A stretch of DNA of 64,000 nucleotides from Candidatus Hydrogenedentota bacterium (GCA_963674865.2 CAXXYE010000009.1:1088001-1152000); one strand, 5' to 3'; positions 35,969 through 45,405 are shown, numbered from the stretch's first letter. The notes: generated by a model not told the origin, from the letters alone. A program made the numbers and translations.

Positions 35969-38821
35969 ATGAGTACTATGTTGACAGGGCCGACTGCAGC
36001 AAACTACTTTGCCGCTGCGTTACTTCTTGCGCTGATCTCGATAGTTCTGCCTCCTCAAGCAGCGGCGCAAGATACTGCCACGCAATCCGAGCAGCCCACG
36101 GCCAGTGTGTCCGAGAGCCCTGCCGTTGAGGGCGGGACAACCGTGTCCGAGGCGGAAAAGCACTTCCGTCAGGGCGTCGAGTTGTATGACAAGGAACTCT
36201 ACCGGGAAGCGCTGGGCGAGTTTGAGCGCGCTCTGGCCCTCGACCCCTCCCTCGATACGGCTATGGATTATCGTGACAAAGCGCTCAGTAAACTCGAGTT
36301 GAGCGCCGTAGGCCTTGATCCTGGTGCGGTGCCGCAGTTCGAGGTATTCGATCCGGAGGCCGTGTCGCCGGGGGACGAAACCCCTCTTCTCTCGCCTGAG
36401 GAAAAGCGTATCCAACGCGTCAGGGAGCTTCTTGACCTTGGCGATAGGTACCTCGAATACAGACGTTACGAGGCGGCCATGGAATACTATTCCGAGGTGC
36501 TTCTTATCGCTCCCGATAACAAGCATGCGCGTAAGGGCCTCCACGAGGCGACTCTTGGCGCCAGTAAGGCCAATATTGTTGAGGCGGAGGGCAAGGTCGC
36601 GGAAGATCGCTTGCGCATGCGCGAGGCGATCGAACGCTCCAAGCAACTTCCTGAAGGCGCCGACGCGTTTGGTGTTCGCCAGTACCGGATCACAGTTCCC
36701 GGCGTGGAGGAGGAGTATGAGGCGCCTCCGTCCAGGTCACCCGCGATTGAGGAAGCGCTCAATTCACCCGTCGGGATCGAATTTGAAGGCGAGCATATTA
36801 ACAACATCATGGAGTTCCTTGCCGACTACCTCGGCGTCAATATCGTCGTGGACGCCCGCGTCGTTGCCCCACCCGTCCAAGTTGAGCTGGGGCCCGCCTA
36901 CGCCACTGGCGGGACAGGCCCTGGCGGCGGCACCGGACCTGCACCGTATCCCGGCGGGCCCACGCGGCCGAACGCCAATATGGACTGGGAAGAAGAATTG
37001 GAACTTCAGTCGGCCCGTCGGCCACAAGGCCAGCGGCCGGGGCCGAACCTGCTTGGCGAGTACGTGACGGATGGTATCGTTCCGTACATCAATATCAACT
37101 CGGTTCCCCTTAGTCAGGCGCTGGAGGCCCTTCTGCGTCCTCTGAACCTCGCCTATTCCGTTCAGCCTGGTTTCATTTGGATTAGCACTCCCCGACGGAT
37201 CCGCAACGAGCCCTTCGAGGGCCTTGAGACGCGGTACTACGAACTCAAGAATGCCGGTGCCGAGGCGATGCCTATGATGAGTTCCGGTATGGGTATGGGC
37301 ATGGGCATGGGCGGCATGGGCATGGGCGGCATGGGCGGCATGGGCATGGGCGGCATGGGCGGCATGGGCATGGGCGGCATGGGCATGAGTGGTATGAGCG
37401 GCATGGGCATGAGTGGCCGCAGCGGCATGGGCATGAGTGGCCGCAGCGGCATGGGGGGTATGGGCGGCTACGGTGGCGGCATGGGGGGTATGGGTGGCTA
37501 CGGTGGCGGCATGGGGGGCATGAGCGGCGGCTATGGCAACCGCGGCGGCATGGGCATGAGCGGCGGCTATGGCAACCGCGGCGGCATGGGCAGCAGCTAC
37601 GGCGGCAGGAACACGGGCGGCTATGGTGGGCGAAATACCTACGGCAATGTGGGCGGCCTCAGTGCGGATACGCGGCCTCTGGCGCTTATTGAATACTTGG
37701 AGAGGATCGTCGATCCGGTAATCGAACGGGATCCTGAAACCGGCGAAGAGGTGCAGCGCTCCTACATCGATTTCGATGCGAGCACCAACACGCTTATTGT
37801 GCATCATACACCTTCCGCGCACGCGAAGATTGCCAGCCAACTGCTTGAACTCGATGCCGAGCCGCGACAGGTCGTTATTGAGTGCAAGTACCTGACGATA
37901 ACAATGAGCGACCTGAAATCCGTTGGCTTTCAGTGGAATCTAGCGTTGTCCGATCAGAACGCCCGCAGCCGTCGTATTGAAGAGCTGGAAGATGAAACCT
38001 ATGAGTACGATATCAACGGCGACGGGGAGACCGAGGAGATACCTTTCTACAGCAGGCCGGACGGCTCTCCCGTTATTTCGAATACGCTCAGCGAAGGTTC
38101 GGCAGCCTTTGACGCGTTGTCCGGCCTTGCAACGGGGGATTCGCCCCTCACGATCATCGGCAGTATCATCGACAGCGCGGACGGCGATACTCTAGGCGTC
38201 ACGTTTCAGGCGCTCAGTTCGCTTGACCACTCTGAACTTCTTAGCGCGCCGAGGGTAATGGCGCTCAACAATCGCCCGGCTCTGTTTGAGACGGTTACAG
38301 ACACGCACTACATTGCGAATGTGTTTTCGGAGACGGAAACCGGCGACGGAAATCTGACTTCGAGTGGTAACACGGTTACGACGACTAACACTCTCATAGG
38401 TAGCGTTCCTGATGGCCAGTCACTGTCCGTGACGCCGCAGATCACGCGCGATGACAAAGTCCGGCTTTGGATGAATCCCTCAGTGATGAATCTTGAGGGC
38501 TTCACGGAGGTAGACACGTCATCGGTAATTGTTGACGGCGTGGAGGAATCGTCCGCAACCATCCAGTTGCCTAGGTTGAGCAGGCGACAGGTGCTCACAA
38601 GCGCGATCATAAGTAGTGGCGAAACGGTTGTGCTCGGTGGCCACATACAAGACAGCAGTTTTGGCAATGAGGACAAAGTGCCCTATCTTGCTGAGATTCC
38701 CGTGCTTGGCCGCCTGTTCCGCGGTAAGTCACGCCAGGTTAACCAGACTAGCCTCTTGATCTTCGTGACGCCCGAGATCGTCGATTCGACAGGTTCCCGC
38801 GCATTCGGCTCGAGCAATTAG
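35969..38821 (+). CDS. Secretin (PilQ/GspD family) with N-terminal TPRs and a Gly/Met-rich insertion
   Basis: Signal peptide, TPR-like helices (ALGEFERALALDP, YYSEVLLIAPDN), STNTLIV, RQVVIECK, LLSAPRV, GETVVLGG, KVPYLAEIPVLGRLF, LLIFVTPEIV. Confidence 0.9.
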   Translation: MSTMLTGPTAANYFAAALLLALISIVLPPQAAAQDTATQSEQPTASVSESPAVEGGTTVSEAEKHFRQGVELYDKELYREALGEFERALALDPSLDTAMDYRDKALSKLELSAVGLDPGAVPQFEVFDPEAVSPGDETPLLSPEEKRIQRVRELLDLGDRYLEYRRYEAAMEYYSEVLLIAPDNKHARKGLHEATLGASKANIVEAEGKVAEDRLRMREAIERSKQLPEGADAFGVRQYRITVPGVEEEYEAPPSRSPAIEEALNSPVGIEFEGEHINNIMEFLADYLGVNIVVDARVVAPPVQVELGPAYATGGTGPGGGTGPAPYPGGPTRPNANMDWEEELELQSARRPQGQRPGPNLLGEYVTDGIVPYININSVPLSQALEALLRPLNLAYSVQPGFIWISTPRRIRNEPFEGLETRYYELKNAGAEAMPMMSSGMGMGMGMGGMGMGGMGGMGMGGMGGMGMGGMGMSGMSGMGMSGRSGMGMSGRSGMGGMGGYGGGMGGMGGYGGGMGGMSGGYGNRGGMGMSGGYGNRGGMGSSYGGRNTGGYGGRNTYGNVGGLSADTRPLALIEYLERIVDPVIERDPETGEEVQRSYIDFDASTNTLIVHHTPSAHAKIASQLLELDAEPRQVVIECKYLTITMSDLKSVGFQWNLALSDQNARSRRIEELEDETYEYDINGDGETEEIPFYSRPDGSPVISNTLSEGSAAFDALSGLATGDSPLTIIGSIIDSADGDTLGVTFQALSSLDHSELLSAPRVMALNNRPALFETVTDTHYIANVFSETETGDGNLTSSGNTVTTTNTLIGSVPDGQSLSVTPQITRDDKVRLWMNPSVMNLEGFTEVDTSSVIVDGVEESSATIQLPRLSRRQVLTSAIISSGETVVLGGHIQDSSFGNEDKVPYLAEIPVLGRLFRGKSRQVNQTSLLIFVTPEIVDSTGSRAFGSSN
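37268..37650 (+). repeat. Coding low-complexity tandem repeats (GGCATG-based) in the secretin
   Basis: Runs of GGCATG/GGCGGCATG, then tandem duplications of 24 bp (SGMGMSGR), 30 bp (GMGGMGGYGG) and 36 bp (GMSGGYGNRGGM), all in frame. Confidence 0.95.
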
Positions 38822-38899
38822 CGTCAGTCAGGTATTGTCAACGACACGGGCGGCAATCCAAGCGGGTTGCCGCCCGTTTCTTTTCATGGCCTGCGACAA

Positions 38900-40156
38900 G
38901 TGATTTACTTCCTATACAACCTCGCTGCCCTCGCCGGCGCGCCCTTGGGCGCCGTATGGCTTGCTCTCAGGCCCGGCCACAAGGCCCTGCTCCAACGGTT
39001 TGCGCCCCGTATTCCCGAGCTTCCCGACGCGCCTGTCTGGGTGCATGTTTGCAGTGTCGGCGAGCTGGGCACGGCCAGGCCTCTCATCGCGGCGATGCGC
39101 GAGCGATGGCCTTCGTTGCCGGTCCTGCTGACGACGTCCACCCTTGCGGGGCGCGCCCTTTGCGAGTGCGCCGGCGAAGAGTTCCACGTCACATGGTGTC
39201 CTTTCGACGTGCTCCCTTGCATTCGGCGATTCTTCCGGCTTGTGCGGCCGCGCCTCCTCGTCTTGATTGAGACGGAGATGTGGCCAAACATGCTCCGCGA
39301 GGCGCGGCGCAATGGCGTTGCCGTTGTCGTTGTGAATGGAAGGCTTAGCGACAAGCACTACCCGCGGTATCGGCGTTGGCGACGGATAGTGCGGCCCACC
39401 TTTGGCGAACTGTCCGCCGTCGGTGCGCAGAACGAGGAATATGGCCAACGTTTTGCGGCTCTGGGCGTCAATCCGGCGCTCATTCAGGTCACGGGGAGCA
39501 TGAAATTCGATAGGACTCCTCCACGGCCTTCCCCCAGCGAGCGCGCCGAGCTTCGGCGGGCGAACGGTTTGGCGCTCGAAGAGCCAGTCCTGATGTTCGG
39601 CAGCACGCGCCCGGGGGATGAGGACCTGGCGATACGGTGCTGGCGGGGACTCCGAGAGGCATTGCCCGAACTCCGGCTCATCATCGGCCCCCGGCATCTC
39701 GATCGCCTACACGAGGTTGCCGCGGCCCTTTCCGGTGAATCCTTTGTTCGACGCTCGGAGATCCGGCAAGGCCGATGTCCCGCGGGCGAACGTGTACTCG
39801 TTCTCGATACCATGGGCGAGCAGGCGAGCTTCTTCGCTTTGGCCGATATCGCCGTCATTGGGGGGAGTTTTTTCCCAGGTGTCAATGGGCATAATCCGCT
39901 CGAATCGGCCGCTCTCGGTGTACCGACGGTGTTTGGGCCGTACATGCGCAATTTCGTTGACGCCGCGCGCGTCTTGGTAGAAGCAGAGGGGGCCTGTCAG
40001 GTAGCTTCCCCGGACGAGCTTCCCGGCCTCTTGCATCGCCTCCTAGCCAATTCAGGCGAGCGAAAGCGTATCGGTGCATCCGGTTGGCGCGCCGTCGCTG
40101 TCAACCGAGGCGCCACCCAGCGCAGTCTGGACCTCCTTGCTCCTTTCCTTTCGTAG
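38900..40156 (+). CDS. waaA: 3-deoxy-D-manno-octulosonic acid (Kdo) transferase
   Basis: WVHVCSVGE, IETEMWPN, NGRLS, GSMKFD, GPRHLDR, GGSF...GHNPLE. GTG start at 38900 preferred. Confidence 0.93.
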   Translation: MIYFLYNLAALAGAPLGAVWLALRPGHKALLQRFAPRIPELPDAPVWVHVCSVGELGTARPLIAAMRERWPSLPVLLTTSTLAGRALCECAGEEFHVTWCPFDVLPCIRRFFRLVRPRLLVLIETEMWPNMLREARRNGVAVVVVNGRLSDKHYPRYRRWRRIVRPTFGELSAVGAQNEEYGQRFAALGVNPALIQVTGSMKFDRTPPRPSPSERAELRRANGLALEEPVLMFGSTRPGDEDLAIRCWRGLREALPELRLIIGPRHLDRLHEVAAALSGESFVRRSEIRQGRCPAGERVLVLDTMGEQASFFALADIAVIGGSFFPGVNGHNPLESAALGVPTVFGPYMRNFVDAARVLVEAEGACQVASPDELPGLLHRLLANSGERKRIGASGWRAVAVNRGATQRSLDLLAPFLS

Positions 40157-40454
40157 GCGCTTAGGTGACTGCCGGCGTCATCCCCATCGTCCGAGCCGCG
40201 GGTGCGTAGATGCGGCGCGTGCGGCAGGCAGGACGAGTTGAAAAGACCGCCAGTCCGGGATAAGGTGTGGGGGTACTCGCGGCGGCGCGATGCCCATGTG
40301 CCGAAGTGAGGCAAGAATCAATCCAAGGGCGACAAGCGAAAGCCTCAATGATTAAGGAACCGAAGATGGATCGGAGCTTTTCCCGGTGCGCCGGCCTCAT
40401 CCGTCGGTTGCCTGTGGCTGGGAGGACAGTCTTGCGGCCATATTGGGGCGACGT

Positions 40455-41531
40455 ATGGCCCTAGAAGAGGCCGGGATATCGCCAGTGCCCATCGTGGCGT
40501 TGGCGGGGGCTGTCCTGGGAGTGGCCGTTTTCTCGCGCCCCATCCTTGCGGGGGTCGATGCTGTCTTGGGGTGGCTCGACGACTCTTTTGCTCGCCTACG
40601 GACGCGCGCCGCGAAGGACGCCCCGATTGCCCTCCTTCTTCTGAGCCCAGCGCTGCTCATTCTCGGCGCCTTCGGAGTCGCTCCTCTATTCGCGGCTGTC
40701 TATATGAGCCTCTTCAACCTTCAGCATGGCGTCGGGCCGTATGTCGGGCTCGGCAACTATGCCAAAGCCCTCGGCAGTCCCGCCTTCTGGAAGAGTCTTC
40801 TTGTGACAGTCTACTTTGCCTTCGGCACCGTTCCCTTTGCCATGTTCATGAGCTTCATTGTGGCCAGCCTCTTGTTCCGCATCGTTCGTGGCCGAGGGGT
40901 CTTAAGAACCTTCTACTTCTTGCCCTACGTGACGTCAGCCGTCGCCGCTGCCATGGTTTGGCGCTTCATCTTTCATCCCCACGTCGGGCTGGCGAACGAG
41001 ATCTTGAGCTGGGTCGGTATTGAGCCGAAGCAGTGGCTTCTCGAGCCGCGCGGGCTTCTCTTCTTCCTGTCGGGCGGGCGTATTCCCGCGGGCATCGGCC
41101 CCAGTCTTGCCCTTTGCTGCGTGATCATCTTCGAGGTCTGGCATGCCAGCGGATTCATGATCGTCATCTTCCTGGCCGGCCTCGCCGCTATACCGAAGGA
41201 GCTGGACGAGGCCGCGCGCATTGACGGTGCGAACTGGTTTCAAACCACGCGCAATGTCACGCTGCCCATCCTGTCGCCTACGGTCTTCTTCCTGGCAGTG
41301 GTGAGCGTCATCAAGGCTTTCCAGTCGTTCAACGGGTTTTACGCCCTTACCGGCAACGGGCGCGGGCCGCTCGATACGACGCAGAACATGACGGTGTACA
41401 TCTATGCCAATTTCTATGAATACGGCCGCTGGGGCTATGGCGCGGCCGTCGCGACGCTCCTCTGTGTCGGCATCGTCGGGCTGACCTTGCTGCAGTGGCG
41501 CCTCGTCGGGCGGAGGGTCCACTACGAATGA
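40455..41531 (+). CDS. Carbohydrate ABC transporter permease 1
   Basis: YVGLGNY, FLPYVTS, EAA loop IPKELDEAARIDGAN, GYGAAVA. Confidence 0.92.
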   Translation: MALEEAGISPVPIVALAGAVLGVAVFSRPILAGVDAVLGWLDDSFARLRTRAAKDAPIALLLLSPALLILGAFGVAPLFAAVYMSLFNLQHGVGPYVGLGNYAKALGSPAFWKSLLVTVYFAFGTVPFAMFMSFIVASLLFRIVRGRGVLRTFYFLPYVTSAVAAAMVWRFIFHPHVGLANEILSWVGIEPKQWLLEPRGLLFFLSGGRIPAGIGPSLALCCVIIFEVWHASGFMIVIFLAGLAAIPKELDEAARIDGANWFQTTRNVTLPILSPTVFFLAVVSVIKAFQSFNGFYALTGNGRGPLDTTQNMTVYIYANFYEYGRWGYGAAVATLLCVGIVGLTLLQWRLVGRRVHYE

Positions 41532-42337
41532 AGAGAGTGGCAATAGTCATCTTGCTCGCGGTCGGCGCTTTCGCGACGACCTTCCCCTTTTTCTGGATGG
41601 TCGTCACGTCGTTCAAGAGTCTACTGGAGGCCGGCTCTCCCGAAATCACGCTACTGCCGAAGGAGTGGCGCTGGGAGAACTTCCTTGAAGCTTTCCGGGC
41701 CGCGCCTTTTGCCACGTATTTTGCCAATTCCTTCTTTGTATCGTTCACGGTTACCGCTGGTGTAATCGTCACATCTTTGGCCGCGGGCTATGCGTTCGCG
41801 CGGCTCGAGTTCCCGGGGAGAAAGGTGCTCTTCGCGCTATTTCTCGCTACGATGATGGTGCCCTTCGAGATCACCTTGATACCGAACTTCGCGCTGGTGC
41901 AGAAACTCGGATGGTACAACCAGTACGCCGCCCTTATTGTGCCTTGGTGCGCCAACGCCTTCTCGATTTTCCTGATGCGCCAGGCGTTCCTCGGGCTTCC
42001 CGCCGACTATTTCGACGCGGCCAAGGTGGACGGCTGCGGCCATCTTCGTTTTCTTGCCTGGATCGCCGCCCCGCTCGTGAAGCCCGCCGTCGTCACAGTC
42101 GGCCTTTTCGCCTTTCTGGGAAGCTACAATTCGCTTATCTGGCCTCTTGTTGTCACTGGGGAAGAGAGAATGCGGGTGGTGCAAGTCGGCCTTACGGTGT
42201 TCTCCGGCGCCGAGGGCGTCAGGATCAATCTGCTAATGTGCGCGTCTACGATTGTCATCCTTCCCACAGTGGCGCTATACTTCGCGGCGCAACGCTACTT
42301 CTTGGAGAGCGCCATCGGCGCGGGAATAAAGGGATGA
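41528..42337 (+). CDS. Carbohydrate ABC transporter permease 2
   Basis: PFFWMVVTSFK, AGYAFARLEFPG, DAAKVDG, QRYF...GIKG. Confidence 0.92.
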   Translation: MKRVAIVILLAVGAFATTFPFFWMVVTSFKSLLEAGSPEITLLPKEWRWENFLEAFRAAPFATYFANSFFVSFTVTAGVIVTSLAAGYAFARLEFPGRKVLFALFLATMMVPFEITLIPNFALVQKLGWYNQYAALIVPWCANAFSIFLMRQAFLGLPADYFDAAKVDGCGHLRFLAWIAAPLVKPAVVTVGLFAFLGSYNSLIWPLVVTGEERMRVVQVGLTVFSGAEGVRINLLMCASTIVILPTVALYFAAQRYFLESAIGAGIKG

Positions 42338-42341
42338 AGCA

Positions 42342-43655
42342 ATGGCGCGCTGCTACGGAATCGCGGTTTCCCTCGGTATCCTTCTACTAACCGGCTGCAA
42401 TCCGGCTTCGATGCAGACGCCGGGGGAGGCTTCCACTGCGCGCACCTTCAAGCCGATCAATACTGAAGCCGCCACTTTCTGGGATCGGCAAACGACTGAG
42501 TCGGCGGAGCTTCTCCGTGAAATTGCCTCAGATTTCAACGCCGGCCATCCGGATCTTCCGATTAAGGTGGAGCACATCGGCGGGTATAGCGACATCTACC
42601 GGAAGGTTACCGCGAGTATCCAAGCGCGTACTCTTCCCGCACTGGCGGTGGCTTATGAGAGTATGACGGCCGAGTATGTCCGCGGCGGCGCGGTCTTGCC
42701 GCTGGACGATCTCATCGCCGATCCTGAGCATGGGATCGCGCCGGGCGACATGGAGGACTTCTTCCCCGGCGTGATCGAGACGAATACCTTTGCCGAATTT
42801 GGCGGGAAGATGTATTCCTTTCCCTTCTGCAAGAGCGTTCTCATGATGTACTTCAACAAGCGCGTTCTCGCGGAAGCCGGGATCGAGGCCCCCCCGAAGA
42901 CTTGGCGGGAGTTCTTGGCGCAGTGCCGGCAGGTGAAAGCGAAGACGGGCAAGTACGCCCACGCCGTATCGGTGGATTGCTCGACAGTCGACGGAATGAT
43001 CTTCAGCAGGGGCGGCGATGTATACGCCGATGGAGCGACGCTGTTCGACTCCGCCGAATCACTCGAAGTCTTTCGGCTCTATGAGACTCTGGTAAAGGAG
43101 GACCTTGCCTTTCAGATTCCTCCGGGCAGCTATGACGATGAGGTCGCCCTTGCCCAGGATCGCATCGCCTTCGCCTTTCGCTCGAGTTCGGGGCGTACGA
43201 GTGTAGGCCTGCTCATGGAGGGCGATCAGGAGAAGTGGGGGATGGCCCGGATCCCGCAGGCGAATGAAACTGATCCCCACACAGTGTTGTTCGGCCCGAA
43301 TGTCTGTATCTTCAACACCACTCCCGAGCAAGAGCGTTGCGCATGGGAGTTTGTGAAGTACTTCACCTCTTTGGAGATGGTGGTGCGGTGGGCCTTGGGA
43401 ACTGGCTACCTGCCCATTCGAAAATCCGCGGCGGATCATCCTAAGATGGCCGCCTTCTGGGCTGAATGGAAATACAACCGGGCCGCCTTCGATTGTCTTC
43501 CTTACGCCCGGCCCGAGCCCAACATCGCCGGATGGCAAGAGGTGCGCGGGATTGTCGAAGACGCCTTGACGGCCGTGCTTACCGGCATCAAGAACGCCGA
43601 CAAAGCCGCACACGACCTGAAAAGCACGGCCGACACCGCGCTCAATGGCGCGTGA
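42342..43655 (+). CDS. ABC transporter substrate-binding lipoprotein (UgpB/sugar-binding family)
   Basis: Lipobox LTGC, MYSFPF, MYFNK, AWEFVKY, TGYLPIRKS. Follows two permeases. Confidence 0.9.
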   Translation: MARCYGIAVSLGILLLTGCNPASMQTPGEASTARTFKPINTEAATFWDRQTTESAELLREIASDFNAGHPDLPIKVEHIGGYSDIYRKVTASIQARTLPALAVAYESMTAEYVRGGAVLPLDDLIADPEHGIAPGDMEDFFPGVIETNTFAEFGGKMYSFPFCKSVLMMYFNKRVLAEAGIEAPPKTWREFLAQCRQVKAKTGKYAHAVSVDCSTVDGMIFSRGGDVYADGATLFDSAESLEVFRLYETLVKEDLAFQIPPGSYDDEVALAQDRIAFAFRSSSGRTSVGLLMEGDQEKWGMARIPQANETDPHTVLFGPNVCIFNTTPEQERCAWEFVKYFTSLEMVVRWALGTGYLPIRKSAADHPKMAAFWAEWKYNRAAFDCLPYARPEPNIAGWQEVRGIVEDALTAVLTGIKNADKAAHDLKSTADTALNGA

Positions 43656-43690
43656 TGCACGGAAGCCCCGCTTGCCGCTAAGAAGATTTG

Positions 43691-43915
43691 CTAGACTTGC
43701 CCGTCGTGTTCGGCCGCGAAATCGTCCAGCGCGTCTTCTATCATTTCCCGGTGGTCTTTTTCCAACAGTTCCCGATCAGCCTTTCTGCGGAACATGACAC
43801 GGCGGTCATGTTCGCGAGCCGCTGTCCGCATGCGGCGATCCGGCCCCCGGCGGCGATCCTTGTGCCAGCGGCCGTACTTATCTTGGTAGTATCCTTCACG
43901 GAATTCCTCAGCCAC
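43691..43915 (-). CDS. Small Arg/Asp-rich hypothetical protein (74 aa)
   Basis: GGAGA RBS then GTG at 43915, protein-like composition, repeated DRR units, stop converging on the ABC operon end. Confidence 0.6.
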   Translation of the reverse strand: MAEEFREGYYQDKYGRWHKDRRRGPDRRMRTAAREHDRRVMFRRKADRELLEKDHREMIEDALDDFAAEHDGQV

Positions 43916-44313
43916 GTCCGTCTCCCACAGTTCGATCCCGGCATGCCACTGCCGTGTCTGGCCCGAACGGCTCACACAATAGTCTTCTGCGCCCGGCTTT
44001 TCTCACCTATTGTCCAACGGGAACGGGCTCACGGATAACAAGCCGTCGGGGAGCTTATGAAACACTCTACCAGGTTCTCCAACGACAAGCTTGCCACATA
44101 GAGCGCCCGTTCCGAACGACTTGCATGCAGTCTCGTTATGCGGCTGTGAGAAAAGCGCGCTAGTCAAGTATACGAGCGTCCCGAGCCACCGTCAAGAGTG
44201 CATCGAAGCCGGGTGTGTCCCCAGTGATTTGCGCGAAGGGACGCGTCAAAGATGACAGTGCCCAGCCCGGATACGGTATACTCCGGGAAATTACCCATGG
44301 GGGTGGATGCGAC

Positions 44314-45285
44314 ATGTTCCAAGATTACAAAGTAGCCTACTTGCGTGAGCACGTGAAGGTGAAGGAGGCACAGCGGTTAAGCTTCCTTCGGGAGAGCGTC
44401 GCTTACCTCCTATCACAATCGGCCCGGGAAGTGCCGCATGCGGCGGGCATTGTCCCGTTTGACTGTACGGCATTGATCGAGTACGCGGAGCGCACCGCTC
44501 GAGCGATTGCCGAAAATCCCGGGGCGGATAGGGAGGCGGATCTGTTTCGCCGTGCCATTCGGCGCAATTACTCTGCCTTCTTTGTCAAGTTGCTGGCGCA
44601 TTGCCTGTATCACGTGCCGTCCGTGAATGGCTTCCTGGACTACGCGCCTTGGCGGCGCGGCGGCACGCTTTATGTGGCCGAGGACATCAACCTGAGCGTC
44701 ACCGTCAACACGAAATACGGGGTCGTACGGCCTATAGTGCGCAATCCTCACCTGAAGGATATTGAGACGGTAGCCAAGGAACTACGCGACCTGAGCCGCC
44801 GTGCGCGAAGGACGGATCCGGAGGAGTTGTACTGGCGCTGTGCCAAGACCTTCTTGAAATCCGCGGTTCGGCAGCTTGACTTCAGGGCGTTGGGAGCGCT
44901 TTGGATCATGTTACGAACGCTTGTCTCCGGGCGGATCAAGTCCGATCCCGCGCTAGCGGATGTGTCCGAAGAGAACAAGCTGCAAGTATCCGACATGCTT
45001 GGCGCCACCTGTACGTTGGCCAACATTGGGATGATGCTGCCCGGCATCCAGTCCGTTACGGTGATTGTGCCTCCGGAGGTGATGTTTTTCGGCATCGGCG
45101 ATCTTCACGAGGCGCCGCTGGTGGTAGACGGCGAAGTGAAGCCGCGCTACGTCATCAGCGTTATGGCCACGATGGATCACCGGGCCTTCGACGGAGGCGC
45201 CGCTTTTTCAGTCTATCCGCATCTCAAGCGGTACTTGGACTATCCCGAGTTGATCTACGAGTGGAAATCCGGGGACGAGATCTAG
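44314..45285 (+). CDS. Stand-alone 2-oxoacid dehydrogenase E2-like acyltransferase catalytic domain
   Basis: S..EVPH, INLSVTV...GVVRPIV, TCTLANIG, IVPPE, MDHRAFDG (DHRxxDG). No lipoyl or subunit-binding domain. Confidence 0.8.
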   Translation: MFQDYKVAYLREHVKVKEAQRLSFLRESVAYLLSQSAREVPHAAGIVPFDCTALIEYAERTARAIAENPGADREADLFRRAIRRNYSAFFVKLLAHCLYHVPSVNGFLDYAPWRRGGTLYVAEDINLSVTVNTKYGVVRPIVRNPHLKDIETVAKELRDLSRRARRTDPEELYWRCAKTFLKSAVRQLDFRALGALWIMLRTLVSGRIKSDPALADVSEENKLQVSDMLGATCTLANIGMMLPGIQSVTVIVPPEVMFFGIGDLHEAPLVVDGEVKPRYVISVMATMDHRAFDGGAAFSVYPHLKRYLDYPELIYEWKSGDEI

Positions 45286-45405
45286 CATGTCCTCTCATGG
45301 CGTTTCCGGCGCTGACGGCCGCTGAGTCTCTTGCCCGATGACGTCGCTGCGGGCTCATAATGGGCGTGGAGACAGTAGGTATGCGGCGGACTTGGCTACG
45401 GAAGG

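Noticed and set aside
37268..37650. Tandem repeats as a CRISPR array or non-coding satellite
   Set aside because: There are no unique spacers, units are multiples of 3 and in frame within the secretin, and no cas genes are present.
40455..43655. ABC transporter lacking an ATPase as a novelty
   Set aside because: Carbohydrate ABC systems commonly share an MsiK/MsmX-type ATPase encoded elsewhere.
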